Shown here piece by piece: positions 1 through 12,514 of a stretch of 64,000 nucleotides of DNA. The stretch spans positions 34,641-98,640 of the forward strand of contig NIVC01001044.1 of NCBI GenBank assembly GCA_002269645.1. Reading direction: 5' to 3'. Position 1 is the stretch's first letter; each line of letters begins with the position of its first letter. Below the pieces are notes generated by a model. The model saw nothing but the letters and a program-made list of their open reading frames with translations. It did no database searches and was not told where the DNA came from. Source of the DNA: Macrostomum lignano. Lineage: Eukaryota. Both the position numbers and the translations under genes were made by a program.

Positions 1-548
1 ATTCTGTTTCGATTTTCTTCGTTGACAACAGTCAGATAGTAGCACTAAGAAGTCGGTGTATGATTTGTTAATAATAAATTCTGCTCTTCTGCTCAACAAG
101 CGCAACTCGGTCTCTCTCTATAAGCGAGAGACTGCACTCCTTGCTCACACTGTGCGTGCCGCGAGCATTTCCGACAGTGCACGACTCTCGGACAACTTCC
201 TGCCGTCTCAAGCCAGCAAGTCTTGCCCTGTCCGCCTGTTGTACTCAGATTGCTGAGACGGCGCTGGTTGAACTATGGGGGTTGGGCGATCTCAGCAAAG
301 AAAAGTAACAGCTTACGCGCCAAAGGGAAGAAGAAAAATGAAGCATTGGATGAGCTGCCAGATAAGAACACGAACATGTGCATAGAAATCCCATATAGAA
401 AGCCATTAGCTGCTCTGGTGGAAGAGAATGGAAAGGGGAGTGGCCCAATGAACAAAATGCTTATGGAATTTGGAGGTGGCTACACGCGACTGGGAGAACT
501 CAAAGGTGACAGAGAGCTCAGAGTGGGGAGAGAAAGGGAGTTCACTAC

Positions 549-1000
549 TTGGGCAGCACTGATCAGCTCATAAATACATTGGGGACACGAGGCATTGGAC
601 GAACCTCAACTCAGGAAACACGTGACTCATGCAACCCCTCAAAGTACTCAAAGGTGAAAATATTTTTGCACGCTTACTCACATGTTGACTCATTTCTCAG
701 GAAGACTGCTCAGAGCACAGACAAACAGGTAGACTGGGATATTGGGACCACAGGCCAGATCTATCCGACCATCGGGTAGTTTGAAACTTCACAACAGCAA
801 TCTAAACTGTTCAAGGTTTATATCTTCTCTCAGGTCCCTCCTCTCCCGTCTCCTTTATATCAGGTCATACCAGGATCATTTTAACTTTACAAGTCTCTTC
901 TTAGCTATCTTCTCTATAATCCATTCTCTTCTTTCTCCTCTCTCATTACATTCTTTCTTCCTTATCTCTCCTTTATTCTCCCTTGTATTCTCATTGACAT
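549..1000 (+). mobile_element. Possible highly degenerate non-LTR retrotransposon (LINE) 3' remnant
   Basis: Broken reading 'VDWDIGTTGQIYPTIG* ... LRSLLSRLLYIRSYQDHFN' loosely resembles the W-D-x-x-x-T-G...L-x-R-L-R-x-G-H-x-x-L-N segment near the end of RNase-H-type LINE ORF2; followed by a CT-rich tail. Weak, eye-based similarity. Confidence 0.25.
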
Positions 1001-1883
1001 TTTCTTCATTCTCAGCTGACCCGCTAAGAACTGGAGAACCAAAAAGGCAATCCTACGATACCCTAGCCCAAAACCGCTAAGAACACAGCCTGAACTGACA
1101 GCTAAAACTACACAAGAGAAAACAAATAGAAAACACAGACTGACACAAACAAGTACAGTGCCGCCTTAAGCGTTTCAATTTGTTCTTAGCTGAACACACA
1201 GAGAGAGATGGAACAGCATAGAAACGCAGCGGGCAATTGAGCAGCTTTATATCAGATATAAAGCTGATATGCAAACAATTGGTTTAATGTATTTTTGTAA
1301 TTAGTAATTAAAAATGATTTTGCAGGTGCATTGGTAAACAATATAATAGGAACTTTACACTTCGCGCGCCCAGGTGAGACTTGAGGAACAAAGAAGAGGG
1401 GAAGAGGGGCTGGGGGGAGTCAAGAAGCTTTTTCAAGTCTCCAAGCCGCTGATGCAACAGAGAAGAGCTTAGAAAACCAGCAGGCCTGGCGATTTCACAA
1501 TTTAACAATTTTAGGCGACAAAAAACAAAAAAAATGCTAAAAACTGCGACTCTCAATCAGGCAATACATTTGGCTCTACTAACAGCAGCCTGATGCGGAC
1601 ATGAACTGAGCTCTGCATTCAATATGAGAATTTAATAGCCACAGAAACAGGCCTGGGATACCGGTCTGCTCAGGTCAAATTTCTAATGTTATACTAATAT
1701 AAATTAGTCTTAACTAAACAAGAAAAGCGACAGTCAATGAAGAATAACACCCCAGATACGGCACAGCTGGGTAGTTAGATGGAGAAGAAATGCAAATTTC
1801 CATCATGCATTCTTAAGACAATCGAATTGAAATATGAATGATTATTTATTATTCATGGGTTAATCTCCCACGGCCTCCAACAG

Positions 1884-2022
1884 GAAGGGTTGGCAAACTG
1901 TTTTCCTCAAAAGTCCAGATAGAGAAGAGAGACAGACCGGATCGATATTGTGAAGTTTTAAAAGGGCCCGTGGGCCGGTTAGAGAGGCTTCGCGGGCCGC
2001 ATGTGAGGTTTGCCAACCCCTG
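1884..2022. mobile_element. Small hAT-like (Charlie/MER5-type) MITE
   Basis: Inverted termini (aa)gggttggcaaac (~1885-1898) and gtttgccaacccctg (2008-2022), with internal gggcccg/gggccgcatg subterminal motifs typical of hAT non-autonomous elements. No clear 8-bp TSD. Confidence 0.5.
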
Positions 2023-2298
2023 GGCCCAGAGGGTGACAACCGGGCCATGCCACAGAGTACCTGAATGCATTATAGAGGCACAATAGAGTGAGAAAGCAAA
2101 CACTGCATTAACCTAGAAGTAATCAGCAAATTAGTTCTAAGCGAATTAATTTAACACAATAAGCAGATAAACTGAGCCCAGTATTTCTTATCAACAGTGT
2201 TTTTTAGACTAAATTAAGAGAGAGAAGAAATCGCTACCCCAGTTGGGAACGAATGAGACAGGTGAGACAGGGGGTAGGACAGGAGGGTTGGGGCACAT

Positions 2299-5200
2299 TC
2301 AGTCATGCAGCTGGGCAATGAGCCGCTCTCTCTCCTTCTCCAGCTCGCCCTCGCTCAGGTCCATGCTGTCCGAGGCGTTCAGCGCCGCCTGCGACTCCTT
2401 CGGCGGTGCATCGTCGGCAGCAGTCTTCGAGGAGCCGCCACCGCGACCTCCGCGCTCGTCACCGGAGGCTGCCGACGACCGGCTGGAATGTCGGCGCGCG
2501 CGCTTCCCGACCGCCGCTGACGACGAGGCGCCGGAGTGGCGCCGACTCCGGTGCTGCCGGCGCCGCGAGCCGCCGCTTTCCTCGCCGTCGTCAGGCAAGT
2601 CATCGCCGCCGCGCCGCCGCCTTCGTCGCGTTTTCGTTTCCGACTGCTGCCGCCGCCGCTGGAGGACTTGCCCTCCTTTCTGTGTTTCTTCTGCTCCTTT
2701 TCTTTCTTGTCCTTTTTCTTCTTTTTCTTCTCGCCACCAGCTTCGCCCTCGCCGTCGTCGGAATGCCGACTCTGCTTTTTCTTCTTCTTTTTGGTTTTTT
2801 GTCGCGCTCGCCGCCGGAGTCCGCCTTCTCGCCGTCCAAGTCGCCGTCGCTGTTTCGACGCGACTTCTTGCGGTCTTTGTCCTTAGACCGGTGGTCCTTG
2901 TCCTTGTCGACCTCCCGGTCGCGGTCTTTCTTTTTCTTCTTTTTCTTGCCCCCAGCCGCGGCGCCCGTGCCGCCAGACGCTGCGGATGCCGCCGGTTCGG
3001 CGAGGCTCTTCAAGAAGTCCTTGAACACGATGAGGCGCTCGGACTCGAGCGGGATGGCCTGGAAGCAGTCGGCCTGGCCGAATCTCTCCCTGACGGTGTC
3101 CCAGCTGGTGCTGGCGTCAACAGGCGGATCGGCCGAGAACAGCAGCTCCTTGAAGGCCTCGGCATGGCGCTGCATCTTGCGGCGCTCCTCTGCACGCTTC
3201 TCCTGCTCGATACAGCGCGCCTTCTCCTGCAGGCTGTCGAAGCTGCGCTCCACGTTGCCGGGGTCCAGCGAGCGGCCGCGCTCGTCCGAAGCGATCAGGC
3301 GAAGGAAATCCTCCAGCGCGGTGTCCGGACAGATGCTGAACGCGCGGTCCTTCATGATCTCCTTCACGATGCGCTTCTCCTCGGGGAATCGTTTCTTCAG
3401 ATCGTCCACGTAGAATTTGAACAGGTCCAGCGGCGTGGAGCCCTGCTGGCACAGCATCTGGTCGAAACGACGGTCGCGGCAGATGTCGCGGAAGCAGTCT
3501 TTCCATAGGGAGTTCGCAGTGAGCCGGCCCTGGGATGGGGAGGAAATGCAAATAGACATTCATTATAGGAGCTTTGCTTTGCTTGTCTATTCTCCTCAGT
3601 GACAGATCTACTCCAATCAGTGACAGATCTACTTTAATCAGTGACAGATCCACTCCCATCAGTGACAGATCTACTCCAATCAGTGACAGATCTACTCCAA
3701 TCAGTGACAGATCTACTTCAATCAGTGACAGATCTACTCCAATCAGTGACAGATCTACTTCAATCAGTGACAGATCTACTCCCATCAGTGACGGATCCAC
3801 TCCAATCAGTGACAATCTACTTCAATCAGTGACAGATCTACTCCAATCAGTGACAGATCTACTTCAATCAGTGACAGATCTGCTCCCATCAGTGACGGAT
3901 CCACTCCCATCAGTGACAGATCCACTCCAATCAGTGACAGATCTACTTCAATCAGTGACAGATCTACTCCCGTCAGTGACAGATCCACTCCCGTCAGTGG
4001 CAGATCCACTCCCGTCAGTGGCAGATCCACTCCCGTCAGTGGCAGATCCACTCCCATCAGTGACAGATCCACTCCAATCAGTGACAGATCCACTCCAATC
4101 AGTGACAGATCCACTCCCATCAGTGACAGATCCACTCCCATCAGTGACAGATCCACTCCAATCAGTGACAGATCCACTGCCATCAGTGACAGATCCACTG
4201 CCATCAGTGACAGATCCACTCCCATCAGTGACAGATCCACTCTTATCAGTGACAGATCCACTGCCATCAGTGATAGATCCACTCCCATCAGTGACAGATC
4301 CACTCCCATCAGTGACAGATCCACTCCCATCAGTGACAGATCCACTCCCATCAGTGACAGATCCACTCCCATCAGTGACAGATCCACTCCCATCAGTGAC
4401 AGATCCACTCCCATCAGTGACAGATCCACTCCCATCAGTGACAGATCCACTCCCATCAGTGACAGATCCACTCCCATCAGTGACAGATCCACTCCCGTCA
4501 GTGGCAGATCCACTCCCGTCAGTGGCAGATCCACTCCCGTCAGTGGCAGATCCACTCCCATCAGTGACAGATCCGCTCATACCTGGTCATGCAGCTCGTC
4601 CAACAGCACAACGAAGGCCTCTCTATTCTTCCTCTCTTGCCGCCGCTGCCTCAGCTGGTTCTCCTCTTTCTTATCGTCCTCCTCTTTCTCCAGGCGGGTG
4701 ACGTGTTTCTGAAAGCAGATCAGCGCGTCCTCCTTGTCCATGTCTAGCAGCTCGCGGTCGGAGCGGAAGCTGGCGCTATTGCTGAGCATCTGCTGTGCCT
4801 CAGTCCAGGTGGTCAGGTAGTTCATCTCCTTCATACCCGCCAGAATCTCACCGAACCGTTCGATATTCCTGCGCTGCAGGGCCCGCTGCGCCTCCCGCTC
4901 GCGCTTGTCAATCTCGCGCACCGCGTCATCGAAGATGTCCCTGCGGTCCCGTTCGGGGACGGCCGTCCAGACGCGCAGATCGACGAACATCTTCTCGGCT
5001 GTGCGGTACTTTGTGCTCGAAGTGATTGGCGCCGTCTGCAGCAGGAACTGCTCCAGGTCTTCGCGGGCCTTCTTGATCTGCGAGGGTTTGACAAGATAAG
5101 CATGTATAAGCATTTCAGCAGATATAAACACCCGATTACAGCTATTATAAACACCCCATTTTAGCATGGATAAACACCCGATTCAGCAGATATAAACACT

Positions 5201-6902
5201 CGATTAAGTATTTATAAACACCCGATTTAAGCATATAAAAACACCCAATTAATTTTATATAAACACCCGATTTCAGCATAGATAAACACTTTTTTAGCAT
5301 ATATAAACACTTGATTTCAGCAGATATAAACACAAAAGTTTAGCATATATAAACACCTGATTTTAGCTGATATAAAAACCCGATTTCATCATAGATATCT
5401 TTTTTATCATAGATAAACACTTGATTTCAGCATAGATAAACACTCGATTTCAGCATAGATAAACACTCAATTTCAGCATATATAAGCATCCAATTTTAGC
5501 AGACATAAACACGGATATCAGCATAGATAAACAACCGATTTGAGCAAATATAAACACACGATTTCAGCAGATAAAAACACAAAATTTTAGCATCTATAAA
5601 CACCTGATTTTAGCTGATATAAACACCCGATTTCAGTGTATATAAACCCAATTCAGGCGAATAAACACTCAATTTCAGCAGCTATAAAAATCAATTTTTG
5701 AATCTATTCATCTAAACACCGAATTGATGCTCTAATAAACACATCAACTCAACTTAAGCCTCTCAAAACACAATTAAAGATTGCAAAAACACTCTGATAA
5801 GGCTCTCTATAAACAAACACCCAATAGATGCCCCAAAGAGAATCAAAATAAAGATTCAACTGAAACCAACCTTCAACCGCTGCTCCTCTTTCTCCTCCTT
5901 CTGCCGCTGAGTCTTATAATTATTGAACACCTGGCGCCTGTGCTGCAGGTGTTTCACCTGCTGGTAGCGCGGGTCCTCCTGAATCATGCGCACTGCGGTC
6001 TCCCAGGTGGCGCTGGACGGCACCCGCCGGTCCCGCAGCAGCTCTTTAAACACGTCTTCCTTGCTTTGCTCCTGCTGCTGCGGCTTGTTTTTCTTCTTCT
6101 TTCGGCCGGAGCCGCCGCTGCCGTCCGAGTCCTCGGAGCTGTCGCTGTCGTCATCGGCGCCAGACATGTCGCCGCCGCCGCGCCTTCGCTTACCGCCGCC
6201 TCGCTTGCCCGCCGCCGACGCCGAACTGCCAGCGTCGGAAGCGGCGGCGTCGGTAGTCGGCGGAATGACGCCGAATGACTCCAGCGTCTTCTTCATCGCT
6301 TCCTCGATGGCGGAGCTGCCGCCGCCGCCGCCGCCGCTGGCAGCCGGGGAGCCAACGGCGGCGGTAGGCGGAGGCGGCGGCCCAGACTGCTGCAGGTGCT
6401 GCATCTGCCTGAGCGGCTCGATGGCAGCCGCGGCCGCCGCCCGCTGCCGGGCCATCTCAGCCTGCTGCTCGGCCAAGCGGAGCTCCTCAGGCTTGGTCCA
6501 CACGGACTGATTGGTGACCGAGTGAGAATAGTACACCTTGCCGGCATCCGTGCGGAACTCTCGCCACGGACACCGGGCCATGATCAGCTCCCACTCGGTT
6601 TTCAGATCGTCCGGCTTCTCCCAGACTGTCTTGCCGGTCACCAGGTTGTAATAGTACGTCTTGCCGTCTGGCATCGTGTGCTCCGCCCACTTCTTGTCCG
6701 TCGCAGCCGCCGCAGCTGCCGGGTGCCCCATCTGGTGATGCGGCATGGCGTGAAAGGCGTGGTGGGGCTGCTGCTGATGCTGCGGCGCTGGCGCCGAATA
6801 AGCGCCGGGCGCGGCGCCGCTGGGAAACATTGGCGCCCCGACAACTGGGGATGAGTGCTGTTGGTGCTGCGTGCGAACAGGAAAGCCGTTAGCCGCTGAC
6901 AT
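2299..6902 (-). CDS. PRPF40A: Pre-mRNA processing factor 40 (WW-WW-FF repeat splicing factor), 3 coding exons: 6902-5871, 5077-4583, 3529-2299
   Basis: Two WW domains ([26 protein letters not shown]; [26 protein letters not shown]), FF domains, [16 protein letters not shown] motif, K/D/R-rich tail and conserved C-terminus [20 protein letters not shown] phase-0 introns 5870-5078 and 4582-3530 join EQRLK|IKKARED and ELHDQ|GRLTANS. Last exon needs two -1 frameshifts (~2795-2800 and ~2611). About 920 aa if corrected; an upstream non-coding exon is possible. Confidence 0.93.
3597..4576. repeat. 21-bp minisatellite (cagtgacagatc[c/t]actcc[c/a]at), ~46 copies, filling PRPF40A intron 2
   Basis: Directly visible tandem array; produces the spurious SVTDPLP / GVDLSLM ORFs. 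Confidence 0.97.
5100..5750. repeat. Degenerate AT-rich ~21-22-bp minisatellite (gatttcagcatagataaacacc) in PRPF40A intron 1
   Basis: Recurrent 'tttcagca(g/t)a(g/t)ataaacac' units at ~21-22-bp spacing with many substitutions. Confidence 0.85.
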
Positions 6903-7057
6903 TGACTGCTGTGTCGGCGTAGGCTAGACTGGGTTCATGCAGTAATGCGCAAAATATTAACTGTATTCATATTCTACTTGAAGTAGACAAATTGGATTAT
7001 CAGTACATCATTTGTGCGCTCAACCCAAATGTAAAACCTGATACAGGCATTGGTTGA

Positions 7058-7502
7058 GTAGCTGGTGGACAGGGACAGTAGCTGGTGGACAGGAACAGTA
7101 GCTGATGGACAGGGACAGTAGCTGTTGGACAGGGACAGTAGCTAATGGACAGGGACAGTAGCTAATGGACAGGGGCAGTAGCTGTTGGACAGGGACAGTA
7201 GCTAATGGACAGGGACAGTAGCTAATGGACAGGGACAGTAGCTAATGGACAGGGACAGTAGCTAATGGACAGGGACAGTAGCTAATGGACAGGGACAGTA
7301 GCTAATGGACAGGGACAGTAGCTAATGGACAGGGACAGTAGCTAATGGACAGGGACAGTAGCTAATGGACAGGGACAGTAGCTAATGGACAGGGACAGTA
7401 GCTAATGGACAGGGACAGTAGCTAATGGACAGGGGCAGTAGCTAATGGACAGGGGCAGTAGCTAATGGACAGGGACAGTAGCTAATGGACAGGGGCAGTA
7501 GC
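7058..7502. repeat. 20-bp minisatellite (gtagctaatggacagggaca), ~22 copies, between the WDR34 stop and the PRPF40A start
   Basis: Directly visible, in register with the 10-base blocks. Confidence 0.97.
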
Positions 7503-7963
7503 AGAACAAATAAAAATAATTCAATCAAAAATCGACTTCAAAACGTATAATAAAGTCGAGTTAGTTATTTATTTGAAACTCTGATTACTTAAATTGCTTG
7601 AAGCGATAAAAAATCAAAGGACAGAAGTTACTTTTAGAAATCAATTCAAAGTTAAGTGCATGAATATAAAAAGTCAAAACAGGTATGTATAAGTATTTTA
7701 GTTCAAAACGGACGGAGTAAGCGCACAGATTCTGACAAGGATCAAGAGAACAGAACAAGGCAGTGATCTACATCTATATATATACTACTTACTAAGTAGC
7801 TTGAAAAAATATTTATCGATTTCAGTAAACAGGAACCATCATCTTGGTTAACCTTTCGGTTACAATGAGTTTTCGAGCTATTCCCACTGACACCCTACTC
7901 ACGATTATAGGCAATAAAAAGGCCAAACAGGCTACATGCAATGCATTGTAAGCCCAAAGACGA

Positions 7964-9205
7964 TCATTCATCCCCAGCTCCTTCGTCACCTGCTTGACCC
8001 TCGCCTCCGCCGCCACCTCTGCTGCCAGCTCCAGTAAGGCTGGCAAAGAACTCGCCAACAGTGGCAGCGTTGCCAGCGGCTCCCAGATCCGCGTCCTGCC
8101 ACACCAGCAGCCGGCCATCGGCTGTGCCAGCAGCCAGCCAGCTGGCATTCATCGGGTTCCACTGGGTGCACAGCACCGCCTGCTGCTGCCCGCTGTCCGC
8201 GCCGCCCGCCGCACTCAGGGAAGCCACGGGAGACGCAACAGCCGAGGCGCCGGCTCCGCCAGCTGCACCGAGCGCGTACACCAGAACCCCGGCGTGCTCA
8301 GTTGCTATGGCAACCAGTCCAGGCCGAGCGGCTCCGCTGCTGGCGCAGCCGCCGGCAGCTCCGGCCGCAGTCTCCAGGCAGAGCAGCGGCGGCAGCGACG
8401 TGGCGGAAGCTGAGGCCGGCGGCGCCGCAGCGGACGAGGACTCGCCGCCAACGGCGTACATCGAGCAGGCGCCGGAGCCGCCGCTGACGATGAAGAGGCC
8501 AGCGGAGGCGCCGGGCATGGCTGGCGCCAGGTGCACCGAGTCCAGCGCCAGCACCATGCCGAGCCCGCCGCAGTCGATGGCGCGCAGCACTTCGGGATCT
8601 CGCGGCGGCGAATTCGGGTCAAACGGCTTGGATTTGGAGGCCCGCGACTTCACCCGGCAGACCAGCACCGCACCGGCTTCGCAGCCCAGCGCCACTGTCA
8701 CTGTCGAGGAGGAATCGCCGCTGCGACCGCCGCCGCCGACCAGCCGCGCGCAGGTGACGCCGACGACGCCAGCCCGGCCGGAGGCGCGAACCCGCAGCGA
8801 TTTCGGCAGCGACTTGGCCGACAGGCGGTTCGCACCGGCCAAGCCAAGCGTGGCCGCGCCAGCAGCCACAGCAGCAGCAGGCCGTCAGCGCCGACAGTCA
8901 GCAAGTGGTCCCGGCTGGAGGAGCCGCCGGCGGTGGACTTTTTGATCCACAGAATCTGATTGGAAATTTAGTTGGCAAATATGCGATGAGAGTGATCTGC
9001 TAGAGGTGCTCAAAAATGAGATTCGAACTCAGGATCGCAGTATTTATAAGCTATGAACTAGGTAGCTCAACTGTAACGCGTCTGTCTAAGAGTCACACTG
9101 GCTCACACTGGTAGCACAGAAAGACAGACACACAGACAGACAGACAGCCAGACAGCCAGAAAGACAGACAGACAGACAGCCAGGCAGACAGACAGACAGA
9201 CAGAA

Positions 9206-9242
<37 letters not shown>

Positions 9243-9275
9243 CAGACAGACAGCCAGGCAGACAGACAGCCAGGC

Positions 9276-9336
<61 letters not shown>

Positions 9337-9391
9337 CACAGACAGACAGACAGACAGACAGCCAGGCAGACAGACAGACAGACAGACAGCC

Positions 9392-9436
<45 letters not shown>

Positions 9437-9443
9437 GCCAGGC

Positions 9444-9478
<35 letters not shown>

Positions 9479-9479
9479 A

Positions 9480-9518
<39 letters not shown>

Positions 9519-9519
9519 A

Positions 9520-9552
<33 letters not shown>

Positions 9553-9627
9553 CAGACAGACAGACAGACAGACAGCCAGGCAGACAGACAGACAGACAGC
9601 CAGACAGACAGACAGACAGACAGACAC

Positions 9628-9658
<31 letters not shown>

Positions 9659-9729
9659 CACAGACAGACAGACAGACAGACAGACAGCCAGGCAGACAGA
9701 CAGACAGACAGACAGACAGATAGCCAGGC

Positions 9730-9762
<33 letters not shown>

Positions 9763-9763
9763 C

Positions 9764-9814
<51 letters not shown>

Positions 9815-9825
9815 CACAGACAGAC

Positions 9826-9880
<55 letters not shown>

Positions 9881-9895
9881 CACAGACAGACAGAA

Positions 9896-9948
<53 letters not shown>

Positions 9949-9949
9949 C

Positions 9950-9992
<43 letters not shown>

Positions 9993-9993
9993 C

Positions 9994-10036
<43 letters not shown>

Positions 10037-10055
10037 CACAGACACACAGACAGAC

Positions 10056-10118
<63 letters not shown>

Positions 10119-10129
10119 CACAGACAGAC

Positions 10130-10188
<59 letters not shown>

Positions 10189-10199
10189 CACAGACAGAC

Positions 10200-10256
<57 letters not shown>

Positions 10257-12514
10257 AAGACAGAGAGGCAATTTTAATGTCTGCGACTCTAAAACGACCC
10301 TACGACTCAAGAAGTCGTACTTGATGCGTGCTAAAGTCGCTGTCGAGCCACTAAGTTGTGCTTGAATCACTAACTAGCCTACTGAGTTAGTAGAAAGTTG
10401 AGGGCCAACACAATAATTCTTAAACGACTCTTGGACGTTTGTGTCGCAACAGTCGCCTCTTTGTCGCATTAGACACGTTTGAGTCGTTCGAAAGTCATTT
10501 CGAACTCGCTAGAGTCACCAGAAAGTTGTTTGTAACGACTTTTCAGCGATTTTTCTCTTGGTATCGGGGACCCAACGATAATAAGGCTAAGGCAGTTATA
10601 CACCACTAGTCAGCGCGTGCCTGCGTGCGTATCCGAGTGCGGATACCCATGGCTGCTTGCAGTTTGCCTCACCGATGGCTGATAATGATCCCGCAAATAC
10701 AGACAATCAAAGCCAAAGCCTAGATAAACAGATAATTGGTCTGTGCAACCAACTCAACTTACCTCAACAATGGGCTCTTGGTGAGCAATCTCCAGTCCGC
10801 CCTCTGAGTCAGCAGCGACCGCCTGCTGTTTCAGCGAGCTGACAAGCAGCTGCTCGGCCTCCTCCCCCACTGACACATTCCACACCAGCAGCTCGCCTGT
10901 GAAGCTGCCGCCCGCCAGCAGGGAGGCGTTGCTGGGGTGGTATTGCACTGAGGTAACGCAGCTGGACGTCTCGAGAACTGCATGCGGCTTCTGCTGCTGC
11001 TGCTGGCGGTCCTGCTGCAATGAGTGACATGTTCAGGTGCACTGATTGTGGATAAATGCGGTCTGTTTGGGAGCACAGACAGAAAGACACAGACAGACAG
11101 GCAGGCAGACACAGACAGTCACAGACAGTCAGACAGACAGGCAGACACAGACAGTCACAGACAGACAGACAGGCAGACACAGACAGACAGTCACAGACAG
11201 ACAGTCACAGACAGACAGTCACAGACAGACAGGCAGACAGACACAGTCACAGACAGACAGACAGGCAGACAGACAGGCAGACACAGACAGTCACAGAAAG
11301 ACAGACAGGCGGACAGACAGACAGACACAGACAGTCACAGACAGACAGACAGGCAGACAGACAGGCAGACACAGACAGACAGACAGGCAGACAGACAGGC
11401 AGACACAGACAGTCACAGGCAGACAGACAGACAGACAGGCAGACAGACACAGACAGTCACAGACAGACAGACAGACAGACAGACAGGCAGACACAGACCC
11501 ACCTGTCCCCGCGCAGAGGAGGCATTCCACACGCAGACGGCGCCCCTGTGCAGGCACCAGTCCTGGTGGTCGGACCGGCCCAGCGCAGCGGCCACAAACG
11601 CGCCGGTGGCGCTCCAGCTCAGTGCGGCTACTGGCATGGAATCGAGCTCGGGACTGCCAGCGCCGGCTACGACGGAGAGTCGAAGCGGCGCCGTGTCGGA
11701 GTTGGTGCCGGCGCCGCCACCGGGTCCGCGTGCGCCGTAGCGGCCGGAGAGAGCGGAGAAGGCGGTGCTGCGCGAGGCGCGCTCGAGCTCCCGGCACATC
11801 AAAGGCTCGAGCCGACGCAGCGCCTGCATCAGTGAGAATAACGGGGTGGGGTTGGAAATGCTTCTCTGCTTGCCATCGGAAGCTTGAAGAGTTTAGGGCT
11901 GATAGCGGCTGCTTGAATTCAGCTTTTCAGGTGGGGAATTTACTCAGGTAGCCCATTACTCAGGCGGGAAATTTACTCAGGTAGCTCATTACTCAGGTGG
12001 GGAATTTACTCAGGTAGCCCATTGCTCAGGTGGGGAATTTACTCAGGTAGCCCATTGCTCAGGTGGGGAATTTACTTAGGTAGCCCATTGCTCAGGTGCG
12101 GAATTTACTCAGGTAGCCCATTGCTCAGATGGGGAATTTACTCAGGTAGCCCATTACTCAGGTGGGGAATTTACTCAGGTAGCTCATTGCTCAGATGGGG
12201 AATTTACATACTCAGGCAGGTAACCCACTGCTCATTTAACTTATTTGTTAAATAACTTATTAGTTTATAAAACCAATAAAACTCAGACACACCTTGATAA
12301 CCTCCGGATCCAGCTCGCTGGAATCAACACTGAGCTCCTCCTGCACGTACATGAAGCTGTCAGTCTGGCACTCGACCTCTTTGCGCCGGGTGGTCTGCAG
12401 GCCGCGCTGGTAGCGGGTGATGGCGGGTGTCTCGGTCTCGCGGTCCTTGGTTTTTACCTCGACGCGCCAGGCCGAGGGGCAATCAATAACGGCTTGACTT
12501 TCGTCTGAGAACAT
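7964..12514 (-). CDS. WDR34: Dynein-2 intermediate chain WDR34 (WD40 repeat, retrograde IFT); exons 12514-12293, 11823-11503, 11014-10763, 8955-7964
   Basis: N-terminus [17 protein letters not shown]...KEVECQTD, then [13 protein letters not shown]...[61 protein letters not shown]|[16 protein letters not shown] and C-terminal AVLCTQWNP...[13 protein letters not shown]; these follow the order of recalled WDR34/DYNC2I2 motifs. All introns GT-AG, phase 0. One -1 frameshift near 8866. About 595 aa corrected. Confidence 0.88.
9120..10264. repeat. (GACA)n microsatellite with GACACA/GCCAGGCA variants, ~1.1 kb, in WDR34 intron 3
   Basis: Directly visible; source of the spurious CLSV-repeat ORFs. Confidence 0.98.
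11063..11497. repeat. GACA-derived compound repeat (cagacagacaggcagacacagacagtca) filling WDR34 intron 2
   Basis: Directly visible; runs up to the GT donor at 11502. Confidence 0.95.
11926..12225. repeat. 33-bp minisatellite (ctcaggtggggaatttactcaggtagcccattg), ~9 copies, in WDR34 intron 1
   Basis: Directly visible; gives the [11 protein letters not shown] pseudo-ORF. Confidence 0.93.

Noticed and set aside
2243-3508. 421-aa plus-strand ORF (also 8061-8945, 5781-6510, 57157-57795)
   Set aside because: Antisense shadows of GC-rich minus-strand exons; no independent motifs.
3574-4701. Long ORFs of 210-375 aa (SVTDPLP / GVDLSLM / TDGSGSV repeats), superficially mucin- or antifreeze-like
   Set aside because: Translation of a stop-free 21-bp minisatellite inside a GT-AG intron of PRPF40A.
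3597-7502. Regular 20-34-bp repeat arrays resembling CRISPR
   Set aside because: Head-to-tail units with no unique spacers, no cas genes, and a eukaryotic intron context.
8301-8314. Near-perfect RFX X-box GTTGCTATGGCAAC in the ciliary gene WDR34
   Set aside because: Lies inside the last coding exon (codons V-A-I-A-T on the minus strand), ~4 kb from the WDR34 start; most likely a codon coincidence.
9086-10370. 360-425-aa CLSV-repeat ORFs, and the TDRQ ORFs at 11024-11951
   Set aside because: Products of (GACA)n microsatellites within WDR34 introns.
2299-12514. Calling PRPF40A and WDR34 pseudogenes because of frameshifts
   Set aside because: Splice sites intact, no nonsense codons, and the shifts share a one-base-deletion pattern with other genes in the window; artefact is more parsimonious until reads are checked.
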